Source: Candidatus Zhuqueibacterota bacterium
Lineage (GTDB): Bacteria; Zhuqueibacterota; Zhuqueibacteria; Thermofontimicrobiales; Thermofontimicrobiaceae
Length of the DNA stretch: 64,000 nucleotides
Direction: 5' to 3'
Assembly (NCBI GenBank): GCA_049322915.1
Contig: JBMOPW010000010.1
Span: 73,994-137,993, forward strand
Shown: piece after piece, positions 39,248 to 49,607 of the stretch
How the letters are laid out: the number at the start of each line of letters is the position of its first letter
How positions within the stretch are numbered: the first letter of the stretch is position 1
Notes under the pieces: model-generated
What the model was told of the DNA's origin: nothing
Database searches by the model: none
The model's input: the letters and a program-made list of their open reading frames with translations, nothing else
Made by a program: the position numbers and the translations under genes

Positions 39248-39889
39248 TTAAATTTTCAGTCCGGTGAAGCCCAGAAAAGTGATGCCCATCAGCCCGGCAA
39301 GAATCAATGCAATGGGCGCACCGCGCAGTAATTTCGGGACCGGCGCCAGTTCCAATCGTTCCAGAATGCCAGCCATGAGAATCACCACAATGGTGAAGCC
39401 TGCGCCGGCGGCAACACTGTGGATGAGGCTTCTCAGCAAATTTCCAGTATCATAAAATTCAGGGCTGAGATTCAACAGCGCCACTGCCAGGATGATGCTG
39501 TTCGCGGCAATGGAGGGCAGATATCGCCCCGGCGAATTGTTCAGCGCCGGACTGATTTTACCAATGATCCCATCCATAAGTTTCACAATGCCGAGAATGA
39601 CCAGGATGGATACGATCGTTCGTAAAGCGGCGACACCCGGCGGATTCGCTCCCTCCGCAATGATACGCCACAGGTGCGATGACCCTGGCTTCAGCAGGTA
39701 ATGATCGGCAAGCCAAGTGATCGCCGACGTCGCGACCAGCACGAAGCTGACAGCCATTCCCGTGCTAAGCGCGGAGTCCGCTTTCTTCGAAGCATCCCGA
39801 AATGAATGGATGCCCAGCAATCGCTTCAGCACAAAATTGTTGATGGCCACAGAGCCGATGATGAGAATGAATAGCTCGCGTATTTCCAA
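39248..39889 (-). CDS. rnfA: Degenerate RnfA-like membrane subunit lacking conserved Cys
   Basis: INNFVL, GMAVSFV, LERLELAPVP, GAPIALI. TTG start at 39889 with GGGAG SD. LGIHSF and ANSIIL stand where homologues have LGxCPF and TNCAIL. Confidence 0.75.
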   Translation of the reverse strand: MEIRELFILIIGSVAINNFVLKRLLGIHSFRDASKKADSALSTGMAVSFVLVATSAITWLADHYLLKPGSSHLWRIIAEGANPPGVAALRTIVSILVILGIVKLMDGIIGKISPALNNSPGRYLPSIAANSIILAVALLNLSPEFYDTGNLLRSLIHSVAAGAGFTIVVILMAGILERLELAPVPKLLRGAPIALILAGLMGITFLGFTGLKI

Positions 39890-39914
39890 TCGCTGCTCCC
39901 TGAAATGAACCGCG

Positions 39915-40040
39915 CTAATCGATTGTGCCGTTTCCCTCTCGGCCGGGCAATCCCATGAACAAATCCGGGGAAATGAATGCGTCTGCCGCAAGGATGAAAA
40001 TCAACCCCGGCGCGAATCGCCCGTCCATCACAAGATTTAC
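39915..40040 (-). pseudogene. rnfE: Remnant of the rnfE C-terminus
   Basis: Translates VNLVMDGRFAPGLIFILAADAFISPDLFMGL..., resembling the RnfE C-terminal xPxLxFILPPGAFxxLGxLxG, at the expected position before rnfA. Confidence 0.55.
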
Positions 40041-40106
40041 TCAGTTGTAAGAGATTTATTTAAACTTCCGGAATCGCTCCCGACTGAAAAAATCAACGCT
40101 TCTCCG

Positions 40107-41156
40107 TCATCGGCGCCAGATATTTTTACCCATTTGTCCGAACGACTTTGGCTGCGTCATTCGATCCAACAACGGAACGGTCAGGTTCATCAGCAGGATG
40201 GCGTACGAGACGCCCTCAGGGTATCCGCCGATTTGCCGGATGAGCACGGTGATGACGCCGCAGCCAACGCCGAAAATGATTCTGCCGGAATAAGTGACCG
40301 GCGACGTGACCATATCCGTGGCCATATAAAATGCGCCCAAAATCAATCCCCCGGACAGCACATGAAAAATGGGATCGCCGGTGAACAGGCCTTCGGCGCC
40401 GCCGAAAATCAACGACAGAATCGCCACGGTGCTCAAATAGCTCACCGGGATTTTCAGCCCAATGTAGCGCTTGTACATCAGATACACTGCGCCTCCCAGC
40501 AACAGCAGCGCCGATGTCTCGCCGATGCAGCCCCCGACATTCCCGAGAAACAGGTTGCGGTACGATTCCGAAAGTTGACTGACGGCTTCAGTCGCTTTTT
40601 GCACTTTGTCCTGCACAGACGGATCGGTCTGATGCAGGATAATTTCCTTCGATGCCTTGTAGACGCTCAGCGGCGTCGCGTGAGTGATCGCGTCAATGCC
40701 GGAGAGCGTGCCGAATTGCGGCGCTGTGGTGAACGTGGTCATTCGGGTCGGCCAGGCCGCCATGAGAAAGGCGCGGCCCAGCAGCGCCGGATTCAACGGA
40801 TTGTAGCCCAGTCCGCCGAACGGGACTTTGCCGATGCCAATGGCAAAGGCGGAACCTATCGCAGCCAGCCACCACGGCGAGCCAGCCGGCAGGCTGAATG
40901 CCAGCAGAATTCCTGTCACAATGGTGCTCCCGTTTTTGACCGGGATCGGCTGTTTCATCAATGCATAAAGAACGGCTTCGGTGACCACGGCCGCGGCCAT
41001 GGCCGATAAAATGAGCCAACCCGCCTGAGTTCCAAAATAATAGATTGCGCCGACCATCGCCGGTACCAATGAGAACGCAACGCTGAACATGATTCGCGGA
41101 ATCGAATCTTTATCTGTAATGTGCGGGGAGGACGAGACGAAAAAAGATTTTTCCAT
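40107..41156 (-). CDS. rnfD: Rnf complex subunit D
   Basis: SSSPH, FGGLGYNPLNPAL.GRAFL, flavinylation motif ATPL, GETS, MATDMVTSP, GGYPEG. Confidence 0.93.
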   Translation of the reverse strand: MEKSFFVSSSPHITDKDSIPRIMFSVAFSLVPAMVGAIYYFGTQAGWLILSAMAAAVVTEAVLYALMKQPIPVKNGSTIVTGILLAFSLPAGSPWWLAAIGSAFAIGIGKVPFGGLGYNPLNPALLGRAFLMAAWPTRMTTFTTAPQFGTLSGIDAITHATPLSVYKASKEIILHQTDPSVQDKVQKATEAVSQLSESYRNLFLGNVGGCIGETSALLLLGGAVYLMYKRYIGLKIPVSYLSTVAILSLIFGGAEGLFTGDPIFHVLSGGLILGAFYMATDMVTSPVTYSGRIIFGVGCGVITVLIRQIGGYPEGVSYAILLMNLTVPLLDRMTQPKSFGQMGKNIWRR

Positions 41157-41183
41157 GGATCGAATTCATTGACTCCAGATAGT

Positions 41184-42527
41184 TCAGGCCGCTTTCGGAT
41201 TTGAATTCAGAATGTTGGCAGCGGTGCGTTTGCCAGCCTGGAATAACAGAACATGAGGAATATTGGCCGGGCACACGAATGAACACGCGCCGCATTCAAT
41301 GCAGTCCATCAGGCCCATTCGATGCGCTTCCTCCAGCCGATCGAATTTAACGAGCTGAGCCAGGGCATTGGGCATCAGATTCATGGGACAGGTATCCACA
41401 CAGCGCGCGCAGCGGATGCACGGTCCCTCGGTTCGGATTTTAACCTCTTTCTTTGTCAGCACGACAATGCCGGACGTGGCATTGATGACCGGAACGTCCA
41501 GCGTGGATTGGGCAATGCCCATCATAGGCCCGCCGTGGATGACAGCAGCGGCGTCTTTTGTGAGCCCGCCGCAAAAGTCGATCAGATTCTGGATGGGTGT
41601 GCCGAGACGCACCAGCACATTTTTGGGTTCGCTCACCCCTTTGCCTGTCACCGTGATGACCCGCTCGTACAGCGGCTTTGAAGATGAAACTGCGTCGTAG
41701 ACAGCCTTCACGGTCGCCACATTAAAAACGAGACACCCTACATCCATGGGGCTGCCGCCGGACGGCACATAGCGATTGGTGATCGCTTTGATGAGCTGCT
41801 TTTCCGCGCTTTGAGGATATTTCACATTCAGACGGACGATGCTCACCTGGTCCCCGGATTCACGAATCATTCGCTGCATGAGCGCAATGGCGTCCGATTT
41901 GTTTTTCTCGAGAGCGATGTACCCGGTTTTACAGCCGGATAATTTCATCAGGATGCGGACGCCCTCCAGAATTTCGTTGGGTCGTTCCAGCAATAATCGA
42001 TGGCCTGCTGTGAGAAATGGTTCGCTCTCGATTCCGTTCAAAATGAAGGTGAGCGCATTTTTATTGGGCGATTGCGACCTTCTCTCTGCTGCAGAAGAAA
42101 CAGCGTCGCTCACAGCGGCAAGACCTGATTGTTGGATTTTCCCGCGCATCACGGCGATGTCCTGAGCCATGTAATTGTGAACTGGCGCAATGGAAGGAGC
42201 CAGGGTATCGGCGCCATCATTGGTGATGACGATGGCTCTTGCATGTCCTCCCTGCGGATGCGGTCGGTTTTCGATGGCGCTGACAGTCCCTGAAACCGAT
42301 GCGTGAGTGAACGAGGAAACATTTCCCGGTGTCTGCCAGACAACATCGCCGATTTGCACATGATCGCCGACCCGGACTGTGGGTTCGGCTGGCGCGTTGT
42401 TATGCTGAAGGACAGGTAGAATCACCTGTTCCGGACGGGGCAATACTTCAATTGGTTTTTTAAAAACAAATTTTTTATATTCGGGGGGATGGACACCGCC
42501 TTTGAATGTCAGTTTTCTAAAAAACAT
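41184..42527 (-). CDS. rnfC: RnfC-like subunit with degenerate FMN/NAD(H) site and intact 2x[4Fe-4S] domain
   Basis: FKGGVHP, HASVSG, KYPQ.AEKQL, GGPMMG, CIRCARCVDTCP, CIECGACSFVCP. Confidence 0.88.
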   Translation of the reverse strand: MFFRKLTFKGGVHPPEYKKFVFKKPIEVLPRPEQVILPVLQHNNAPAEPTVRVGDHVQIGDVVWQTPGNVSSFTHASVSGTVSAIENRPHPQGGHARAIVITNDGADTLAPSIAPVHNYMAQDIAVMRGKIQQSGLAAVSDAVSSAAERRSQSPNKNALTFILNGIESEPFLTAGHRLLLERPNEILEGVRILMKLSGCKTGYIALEKNKSDAIALMQRMIRESGDQVSIVRLNVKYPQSAEKQLIKAITNRYVPSGGSPMDVGCLVFNVATVKAVYDAVSSSKPLYERVITVTGKGVSEPKNVLVRLGTPIQNLIDFCGGLTKDAAAVIHGGPMMGIAQSTLDVPVINATSGIVVLTKKEVKIRTEGPCIRCARCVDTCPMNLMPNALAQLVKFDRLEEAHRMGLMDCIECGACSFVCPANIPHVLLFQAGKRTAANILNSNPKAA

Positions 42528-42579
42528 CGTTCTTCGTCACACTTAATTTTCATGTCGAACACCCACACCCGTTGGAGAA

Positions 42580-43026
42580 TCAGTTCAGTTCTTCAAGTTC
42601 GGCCAGAAATTGCTCTTTGTCCTGGAAATTGCGGTACACAGAAGCAAAGCGAACGTACGCAACGTGATCCAGTTTTTTGAGGTGGCTCATCACGAGCATG
42701 CCAATTTCTTTGGAGGTAATTTCCTCGACGGCATTGTCTTTGATTGTATTCTCGATTTGAGCGATCATTTCATCGATCTGCTCAACGGAAATGGGACGCT
42801 TGCTGCAGGCTAATTGAATTCCCTGTTTCAATTTATCACGGTTGAACGACTCACGCCGGAGATCGGATTTTACAACCAGAATCGGTGATTCCTCGACGAG
42901 CTCTTTGGTTGTAAATCGTCTTTCGCATGAAAGGCATTCCCGTCGCCGGCGAATGACGCGGCCTTCGCTCTTCGACCGTGAATCAATGACTTTGCTATTG
43001 GCAAAACCACAGTACGGACAACGCAT
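42580..43026 (-). CDS. nrdR: Transcriptional repressor NrdR
   Basis: MRCPYC, VIDSR, IRRRREC, ATP cone, AYVRFASVY. Confidence 0.96.
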   Translation of the reverse strand: MRCPYCGFANSKVIDSRSKSEGRVIRRRRECLSCERRFTTKELVEESPILVVKSDLRRESFNRDKLKQGIQLACSKRPISVEQIDEMIAQIENTIKDNAVEEITSKEIGMLVMSHLKKLDHVAYVRFASVYRNFQDKEQFLAELEELN

Positions 43027-43048
43027 AACTACCCTCTTTCGTTAATTG

Positions 43049-44335
43049 TTAAAATTGATAGAGAGGGAATTGCTGGCATAATTCGTAGACTCCGGCACGT
43101 ACCTTGTCATAAACAGTTTCATTCCCTACGTTTGTAAGTACAAGATCTATCATTTTGAAAATCTCTTTCATTTCATTTTCCTTCATCCCGCGGGTGGTCA
43201 GCGCAGGCGTTCCCACCCGGATGCCGCTGGTGATGAAAGGACTTTGATCGTCGAAGGGCACCATATTTTTATTGACTGTGATGCCGGCTTCCTCCAGCGC
43301 GCCTTCGGCCTTTTTCCCGGTGAGACCCTTGTTGCGCAAATCAATAAGCATCAAATGGGTGTCGGTTCCATTGGAAATAATTTTGTAGTCGTGGCTGATG
43401 AATTCATCCGCCAGGGCTTTGGCATTTGCAATCACTTGTCGGGAATAGTCTTTGAACGCCGGCTCCAGAGCTTCCTTGAACGCAACAGCCTTGGCCGCGA
43501 TGACGTGCATCAGCGGACCGCCCTGAAATCCCGGAAAGACATTGGAATCAACGATCTGGCCGATGGTTTTTGGCTTGCCTTTGGGCGTCAGTTGACCCAT
43601 ATCGTTTTCTTCATCCGTGCCGACCAGTATCATGCCGCCGCGCGGCCCGCGCAGGGTTTTGTGCGTGGTTGTCGTCACCAGATGGCAATGTTGTATTGGG
43701 CTTTTAATGAGTCCGGCAGCGATGAGACCGGCCGGATGAGCGATGTCGGCGATCAATTTCGCTCCGACCCGGTCGGCGATTTCGCGGAACGCTTTGTAGT
43801 CGATTTCGCGGGAGTAGGCGCTGGCGCCGGTCATGATTAATCGGGGCCTTTCTTTGAGCGCAAGCTGTTCCACCTGGTTCATGTCGATATAGCCGGTGTC
43901 CTCACGCACGCCGTATGAGACGATTCGGAAAAGACGGCCGGAGAAGTTCACCGGACTGCCGTGGGTCAAATGTCCGCCGTGGTCCAGGTTCATGCCCATC
44001 ACCGTATCGCCGGGATTGGCAAAGGTGAAATAAGCGGCGATGTTCGCCTGAGAGCCGGAGTGAGGCTGGACATTGACATGCTCGGCCTGGAACAACAGTT
44101 TGGCGCGTTCACGGGCGAGATCTTCGGCCGCATCGACAAAAACGCAGCCGCCATAATAACGTTTGCCGGGATAGCCTTCGGCGTATTTATTGGTCATCAC
44201 CTGGCCCATGGCCTCCAATACGGCGGGACTGACAAAATTCTCTGAGGCAATCATCTCTAATTTGTCATTCTGCCGGGAAATTTCATCCTGAATGGACTTG
44301 TAAACTTCAGGATCGGTCTGTTGTAAATGGTTCAT
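43049..44335 (-). CDS. glyA: Serine hydroxymethyltransferase
   Basis: [34 protein letters not shown]. Confidence 0.97.
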   Translation of the reverse strand: MNHLQQTDPEVYKSIQDEISRQNDKLEMIASENFVSPAVLEAMGQVMTNKYAEGYPGKRYYGGCVFVDAAEDLARERAKLLFQAEHVNVQPHSGSQANIAAYFTFANPGDTVMGMNLDHGGHLTHGSPVNFSGRLFRIVSYGVREDTGYIDMNQVEQLALKERPRLIMTGASAYSREIDYKAFREIADRVGAKLIADIAHPAGLIAAGLIKSPIQHCHLVTTTTHKTLRGPRGGMILVGTDEENDMGQLTPKGKPKTIGQIVDSNVFPGFQGGPLMHVIAAKAVAFKEALEPAFKDYSRQVIANAKALADEFISHDYKIISNGTDTHLMLIDLRNKGLTGKKAEGALEEAGITVNKNMVPFDDQSPFITSGIRVGTPALTTRGMKENEMKEIFKMIDLVLTNVGNETVYDKVRAGVYELCQQFPLYQF

Positions 44336-44424
44336 GGTAAAAATCCTTATATGGTCGTAGTCGGTTTATTGTCGGGAATTCTATCCTACAGATCACACGG
44401 CATCAGACAGGGTGTTCAGCACCG

Positions 44425-44865
44425 TCATCGGCCTGTCAACTGATGAATTTTCGTGATCCGTTTCAAATGCCGGTCGCCATCGAACGGCGTGCTCAGCCAA
44501 ACATCGACGATTTTCAGAGCCAGGTCGTGATCGATAATTCGTCCGCCCATCACCAGAACGTTGGCATTGTTATGCCGCCGGCTCATCTCGGCCATCTCGA
44601 TGGACAAGCAAAGCGCCGCGCGAATTCCCTGCACCTTGTTGGCGACGATGGACATGCCAATCCCGGTCCCGCAGATGAGAATGCCGCGATCGGCTTTATC
44701 TTTGGCCACGGCGTTGGCGGCAAGGACGCCGTAATCAGGGTAATCCACGGAATCCGATTTGTAGGTGCCGTAATCTTCAACCGGAATTCCTGCCTGTTCC
44801 AGGTGGGATTTGACCTTGTTCTTCAATTCAAATCCGGCATGATCAGAGGCTAATGCGATAGTCAT
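44425..44865 (-). CDS. rpiB: Ribose-5-phosphate isomerase B
   Basis: SDHAG, DYPD, CGTGIG, HNNANVL, RH..R. Confidence 0.96.
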   Translation of the reverse strand: MTIALASDHAGFELKNKVKSHLEQAGIPVEDYGTYKSDSVDYPDYGVLAANAVAKDKADRGILICGTGIGMSIVANKVQGIRAALCLSIEMAEMSRRHNNANVLVMGGRIIDHDLALKIVDVWLSTPFDGDRHLKRITKIHQLTGR

Positions 44866-45173
44866 GGAACGCGCTCGTTGATTTGGTTACTCTGCTCTTA
44901 TCTGAATACATTCGCTAAGGGATTAAAACTTCACTTTTTCTATCCAATGGATTTCACTCCAAAACGTGAAGTGCCGTGCCGTTTTTCACGGCGAAAAATG
45001 AAATCCATAAGGAGAGTTCGCTCTAATTTTAATATGATCAACATGAAAAACTAACGCTTCATGAGTATTCCAGGGCTGACGCAGCGACCCGGCTGCTCAT
45101 CGCCTGACGCATGTCCCGTTCGGTCGCGGTTGAATGAACCGTCCGATTGGCGGGGAATGCAGCGCAGCGATTG

Positions 45174-46463
45174 TCACAACGATTGAAAAATCCAATCGTA
45201 GCAGGCATCCAGGGGTTTTGTTTTGCCCTTGTTGAAAAATAAGTCTTCTTTGGTCGGTATAAAATCCTGTATGTTGTTCAGCCGCTCATTGGCCATGTCT
45301 TTGAACTGACTGTCCAATGCGGCTTTTTGATATTCTTTGTACGCCATCTCAAAAACAAGCTTGTCATCGAACTCGGGAATTTTCTTGCCCATACGCCTGA
45401 TGCACTCTTCCGCTGCTGCCTCGAAAATTTCGCCCCGGACAATGTGCGCCAATCCATAGGTCGAATCAATGACCAATGCTTTATCGGTGAAATTTTTCGC
45501 AGTCGGAAATTTGCCCAATTCTTTGTAGCACGCAGCCACGTCGGTCATGATTTTTTTATTGTCCGGCTGAAGTGTCAATATCGTCTGGTAGGTCACCAGG
45601 GCGCTGTTGATTTCCCGATTGTTCTGTTGCGAGGCGCCCAGATACTCCAGCCCAACGAGATGTCTGGGTTTCACTTTCAACAGCATCTGGAAATTGATAA
45701 TAGCCTGGCTGTAATTCGCCTGTTCGAAATAGGCCTTGCCCAATCGGAAGAGATTTTCAGCGTTATCCGGATCGAGCTTTTTGACAGCTTCCATCTGATT
45801 GATGGCTGCCTGCTCGTTGCCTCGGGTACGATAAAGTGAACTCAATACAAGATGCGGTTCCTGATCGGCGCGATCCAACCTGGTGACTGTTTCGTAAGCG
45901 CGAATTGCATCGTCGATGCGGCTGATTTTCACGTACAGTTGGCCCAGAACTTTCCAGTCATCCTTTCGGGTCGAATCGATTTTCACGGTGGTTTCGTATT
46001 CCTGAATGGCGGCTTCCACCTTCCCGCGCCGGGTGAGATAGAAGGCGAATGTCCGATGCATGTGGGCATTGTCCGGATATTCCCGAATGCCCAATTCCAT
46101 GACCAACTCCGCAGAGTCCGGTCTGTTCAATTGGGCGTAGGCATCGGAAAGCAGGGTATAGACGTTCTTGAATCGCTGAATTGTGTCCAACTCAACGACC
46201 TTCCAAAATGGATGGAGGGCGTCGCGATAGTTTTTATTTCGATAATGGTCCCAGGCAGAGCTCCATTGTTTGCTCAATTGTAAAAGATACGCCTCGTGCA
46301 GTGAATCCGCAACGGCTTTATCGTGTTTTGAATCGTTCGTGGAATCGGTTTGCCGGGTTGTCGATGCGCATCCAACGGTGAGAATCAAACTCACCACAAC
46401 GGTCACGATCAATGGCCAGAAAATGCGTGTGGTGATTGGATGCGATATTGCCGTGTATCTCAT
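45174..46463 (-). CDS. TPR-repeat lipoprotein
   Basis: Lipobox LTVGC followed by multiple TPR-like repeats. Confidence 0.8.
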   Translation of the reverse strand: MRYTAISHPITTRIFWPLIVTVVVSLILTVGCASTTRQTDSTNDSKHDKAVADSLHEAYLLQLSKQWSSAWDHYRNKNYRDALHPFWKVVELDTIQRFKNVYTLLSDAYAQLNRPDSAELVMELGIREYPDNAHMHRTFAFYLTRRGKVEAAIQEYETTVKIDSTRKDDWKVLGQLYVKISRIDDAIRAYETVTRLDRADQEPHLVLSSLYRTRGNEQAAINQMEAVKKLDPDNAENLFRLGKAYFEQANYSQAIINFQMLLKVKPRHLVGLEYLGASQQNNREINSALVTYQTILTLQPDNKKIMTDVAACYKELGKFPTAKNFTDKALVIDSTYGLAHIVRGEIFEAAAEECIRRMGKKIPEFDDKLVFEMAYKEYQKAALDSQFKDMANERLNNIQDFIPTKEDLFFNKGKTKPLDACYDWIFQSL

Positions 46464-46974
46464 GTTCTCCTCTCCTGAGCTGAGTTTTATAGAGCTCGCA
46501 AAATAGACGGATGGGCGCAGTTGTGGCGCATGCCGGGAACGCGGTCAATCCTGAATATTCACTGTCCCCGCGCTGGTCATTTTGCCTGGGCGTCGATACA
46601 GCAGACTGATTCCGAATTGAAGGCATGGTTCTATTTGGCGGAAAGCCTTTATAAAGTTTTTCAGCTTACAACCCTGCACAAAGGTAATACTATTTAAGAG
46701 ATTGAATTTAAAAACTTTTTTTAAAAAAGCAAGAAAAAATTTATAGGATTTTCCCGGCTATTTTCATCGATTTCAATCGTAAAAATGGCTGGTTCATGAC
46801 CGCGGGAATCTGCCAGCATCACGTACAGCCTGATGTTTTGATGGTCACAGCGCGCGGCGCCAGACTTGTTTTGGTCGATATAAAAAAGGAGTGAAAGGGA
46901 CATGTAAGGCATGGCATTCCACATTCACTCCGATCAAATTTCATGGGTTGTTGAAAGCGACCGTATTCAACTGA

Positions 46975-48207
46975 TTATCTGGGTCGTTCGAACCATTTTT
47001 CACCGCCAATGACTGAAATATAGACCTGAAAAAATTCTTCATTGATTGGATTCAGGGAAAGGTCACCGCGCTGACCGTAACGGAGCGCCACATCGATGCG
47101 GCCGATTTTATAGTAATAAGGGAATCCAAAACCGACCGATGCGCCGTATTCTGTCACAGCATTATTGGACGCATCGAGAAAATCCAGAGACTGGTAGAAG
47201 TAGCCGACACGGTAGGTCACTTTTTGAAAATAGGTCGCCAGAATATTCTCATTGGGCAGCCGCTCGATGCCACCGCCAATGCGGAAGCTGTTTTGATATT
47301 CCTGGGATGACGTTTCTGAAACGTGGAAATTTGACCACGGCTGATACAGATAATCCAGACTCACGCGGTATTTTTGATGAAATACATAAGTCGCGCCGAA
47401 ACCCCAGTATTCAGGAATATCCGCATTGCTCTCCGCATCGCTGGAAGCATCGACTGTGCTGATCAGCGAACCTTTAATCGTGTAGTTTGTAATTTCGTCC
47501 TGCATGGTCAGTTTGTAACCAGGCGAGAAAACTCCGCCCACATAAAAATTCGGCGTCGGATGGGCGATGAATCCCAATGTCCAATTCAGTCCCCACATTT
47601 TTCTGGTCAGGATATCGTTACTGTCCCAGAGCAGATCGGATGTGTAATCGACGCGCCAGGTCTGCTCCAGCTTGCCAAAGTTGTAATTGACCGTCGCGCC
47701 GATATTGATTTTGTTGAAAGGCGCGTATCCGAAACCGAACGATATCTTGTTCAATCCACCGCTCGCTTTGACAAATTTCGTGTAGTCGTAGTCCTCAACT
47801 GCATCTGATGAGCTGTACTCATAATCGAATTGAGACGTGGGGATCATGGACAATGCCGTGGCGAGTTTATCCTGAATCAGCGGGACAGCCAGAGAAATGC
47901 CATTGAGATTGGTATACTTGGAAAATCCCTCCGCGGAGTTCGTGCTGCTCCAGGTAGCCTCATGAACAAAGTCGCCGGAGAGTCGGGTGAACCGATTGTA
48001 AACCAATCCGGCCGGATTAAGATTGTTGATGAGATAATTATCCGGCAGGCTGATCATGGCGCCGCCCATTCCCAATGCGTGGGCGCTGGTGATGTATCGC
48101 TTTCCGCCCAATCCTCTGGAATTATAGTAAGACCCGGCCAGAGCCGAATCAGTCAATATACCTGTGATGAATAACAACAGGGTGAAGGTTACGATTTTCT
48201 TTAACAT
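46975..48207 (-). CDS. Outer-membrane beta-barrel protein (OmpP1/FadL-like)
   Basis: Signal peptide; ALGMGG...NPAGL plug motif; amphipathic strands; C-terminal EKWF. Confidence 0.75.
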   Translation of the reverse strand: MLKKIVTFTLLLFITGILTDSALAGSYYNSRGLGGKRYITSAHALGMGGAMISLPDNYLINNLNPAGLVYNRFTRLSGDFVHEATWSSTNSAEGFSKYTNLNGISLAVPLIQDKLATALSMIPTSQFDYEYSSSDAVEDYDYTKFVKASGGLNKISFGFGYAPFNKINIGATVNYNFGKLEQTWRVDYTSDLLWDSNDILTRKMWGLNWTLGFIAHPTPNFYVGGVFSPGYKLTMQDEITNYTIKGSLISTVDASSDAESNADIPEYWGFGATYVFHQKYRVSLDYLYQPWSNFHVSETSSQEYQNSFRIGGGIERLPNENILATYFQKVTYRVGYFYQSLDFLDASNNAVTEYGASVGFGFPYYYKIGRIDVALRYGQRGDLSLNPINEEFFQVYISVIGGEKWFERPR

Positions 48208-48401
48208 CCTGAGACTCCATAGTTACACATAGGTTCGTGGTCATTCTATGTTATTACCCAGCAACTTTTGTAAATTTGTGGAAAATAATTTCTAGGAATC
48301 GGTCATCACGTATTATTATTTGCGGCTTTACCGCGCTGGGTTTATAAAAACTATCGAATGTGGCGTGCGCCATTTCAAGTGAATGGGCGCACACGCCGCT
48401 G

Positions 48402-49607
48402 CTAAAACTCCTGATTTGGAGGCAGCGTGTAATAAATTTTCAGTCTCGGCCGCAGGTCCGCGGGAGAGGCCGAGGAATGGATGGCAATGCGCGCCAGCGG
48501 ATCCTGCTCATCTGTTGAGCGCAGCAGTAATCCGTAGTTATCGATTTTATGGCCAACCCATGCCTGTACCGCTGTCGTCACATCAAAGGTGAGCATGCTG
48601 TCCACCCAGGTGGCTGAATAGGATGTGGTTGCAGGAGATTCATCGACGACATCTTTCTCCCACGAATCGCCGTCCACGATGTACAAAATAGCATCGCTCG
48701 CGCCGTAGCTGTCACGCAGGGATGCGGATTCGTCAATGAACAGGTCCAGCAACGCGCGGCTCACGTGGGTCGTTGAATCCATTCCGTCAAAATTGAATTT
48801 CAGGAAATTGCGGAACGCAAATCCTTTGCCGATGTAGAGAAGATCGGGATTCAGATTCAGGTCGGTTTCGCTATTCAGGTACAGCGACGCATCGATCTGA
48901 GCATACACGACGGAACTATCCGGCGATTCACTCACAGTGTCCCCCTCGGTGTAAAAAATTTTCAATTGGGGAATGAGGTCAGAGTCCTGATTTTCCCAGG
49001 AATAGAAGCAGGTGAGATATTCCGCATCCGGACTGTCGATCCAGATGCCGTGGTTCTCAATGGGAGAGACTGAATCCACCCATTGATTTACGATGGTAGT
49101 GTCCAGGTCGATTTCAATGATTGTGGTGGAGTCCGACGTGAGCGTCACCGTCTGAAATGGTGTTTCACCGAAAGGATACTCGTACAGATAGAGTTCAGGT
49201 GCTTGTTCGTCATTCCAATCGCTTCGGGCATGGTAGAAGTTGGCGCTGAATTGACGCGATACATCCCAGTAGGAAGTATCCGCAGGGCCAATCCGGGAAA
49301 AGATAGTCAGGGTCAATTTGGCGGAGTAAATGAGCGAGCTGTCGGGCAGGCCTTCAAATTTCAAATACATCGCCGTGTGATAATTGTCGTACTTGCCCAA
49401 TGTGAGCACGGTGCTCGTTCCGGTATTCACATAGCGGCTGAACGATTGTTCCGTTCCCGCAGGCTGGTATAACGTAGTATCGGCGATTGTCCCTTCTTTG
49501 TCCCCGTAGATTTGTTCGTAAGCTGTGGAAAGTGGTTTTTCTTTTGAACAACTCATCAGAAAAATGATCATCCATACCAGTAACAAATGTGTCGTCAAAC
49601 GTCTCAT
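48402..49607 (-). CDS. Acidic lipoprotein with two DNRLRE-like beta-sandwich repeats
   Basis: Lipobox LMSC; internal duplication VNQWV...NHGIWI...PQLKIFYT / VQAWV...NYGLLL...PRLKIYYT; ATGA overlap with the hutI stop. Confidence 0.65.
   Translation of the reverse strand: MRRLTTHLLLVWMIIFLMSCSKEKPLSTAYEQIYGDKEGTIADTTLYQPAGTEQSFSRYVNTGTSTVLTLGKYDNYHTAMYLKFEGLPDSSLIYSAKLTLTIFSRIGPADTSYWDVSRQFSANFYHARSDWNDEQAPELYLYEYPFGETPFQTVTLTSDSTTIIEIDLDTTIVNQWVDSVSPIENHGIWIDSPDAEYLTCFYSWENQDSDLIPQLKIFYTEGDTVSESPDSSVVYAQIDASLYLNSETDLNLNPDLLYIGKGFAFRNFLKFNFDGMDSTTHVSRALLDLFIDESASLRDSYGASDAILYIVDGDSWEKDVVDESPATTSYSATWVDSMLTFDVTTAVQAWVGHKIDNYGLLLRSTDEQDPLARIAIHSSASPADLRPRLKIYYTLPPNQEF

Noticed and set aside
44866..45173. 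Possible ZTP/THF/glycine riboswitch upstream of rpiB-glyA
   Set aside because: Hairpins are present but the conserved aptamer sequences were not found on the minus strand.
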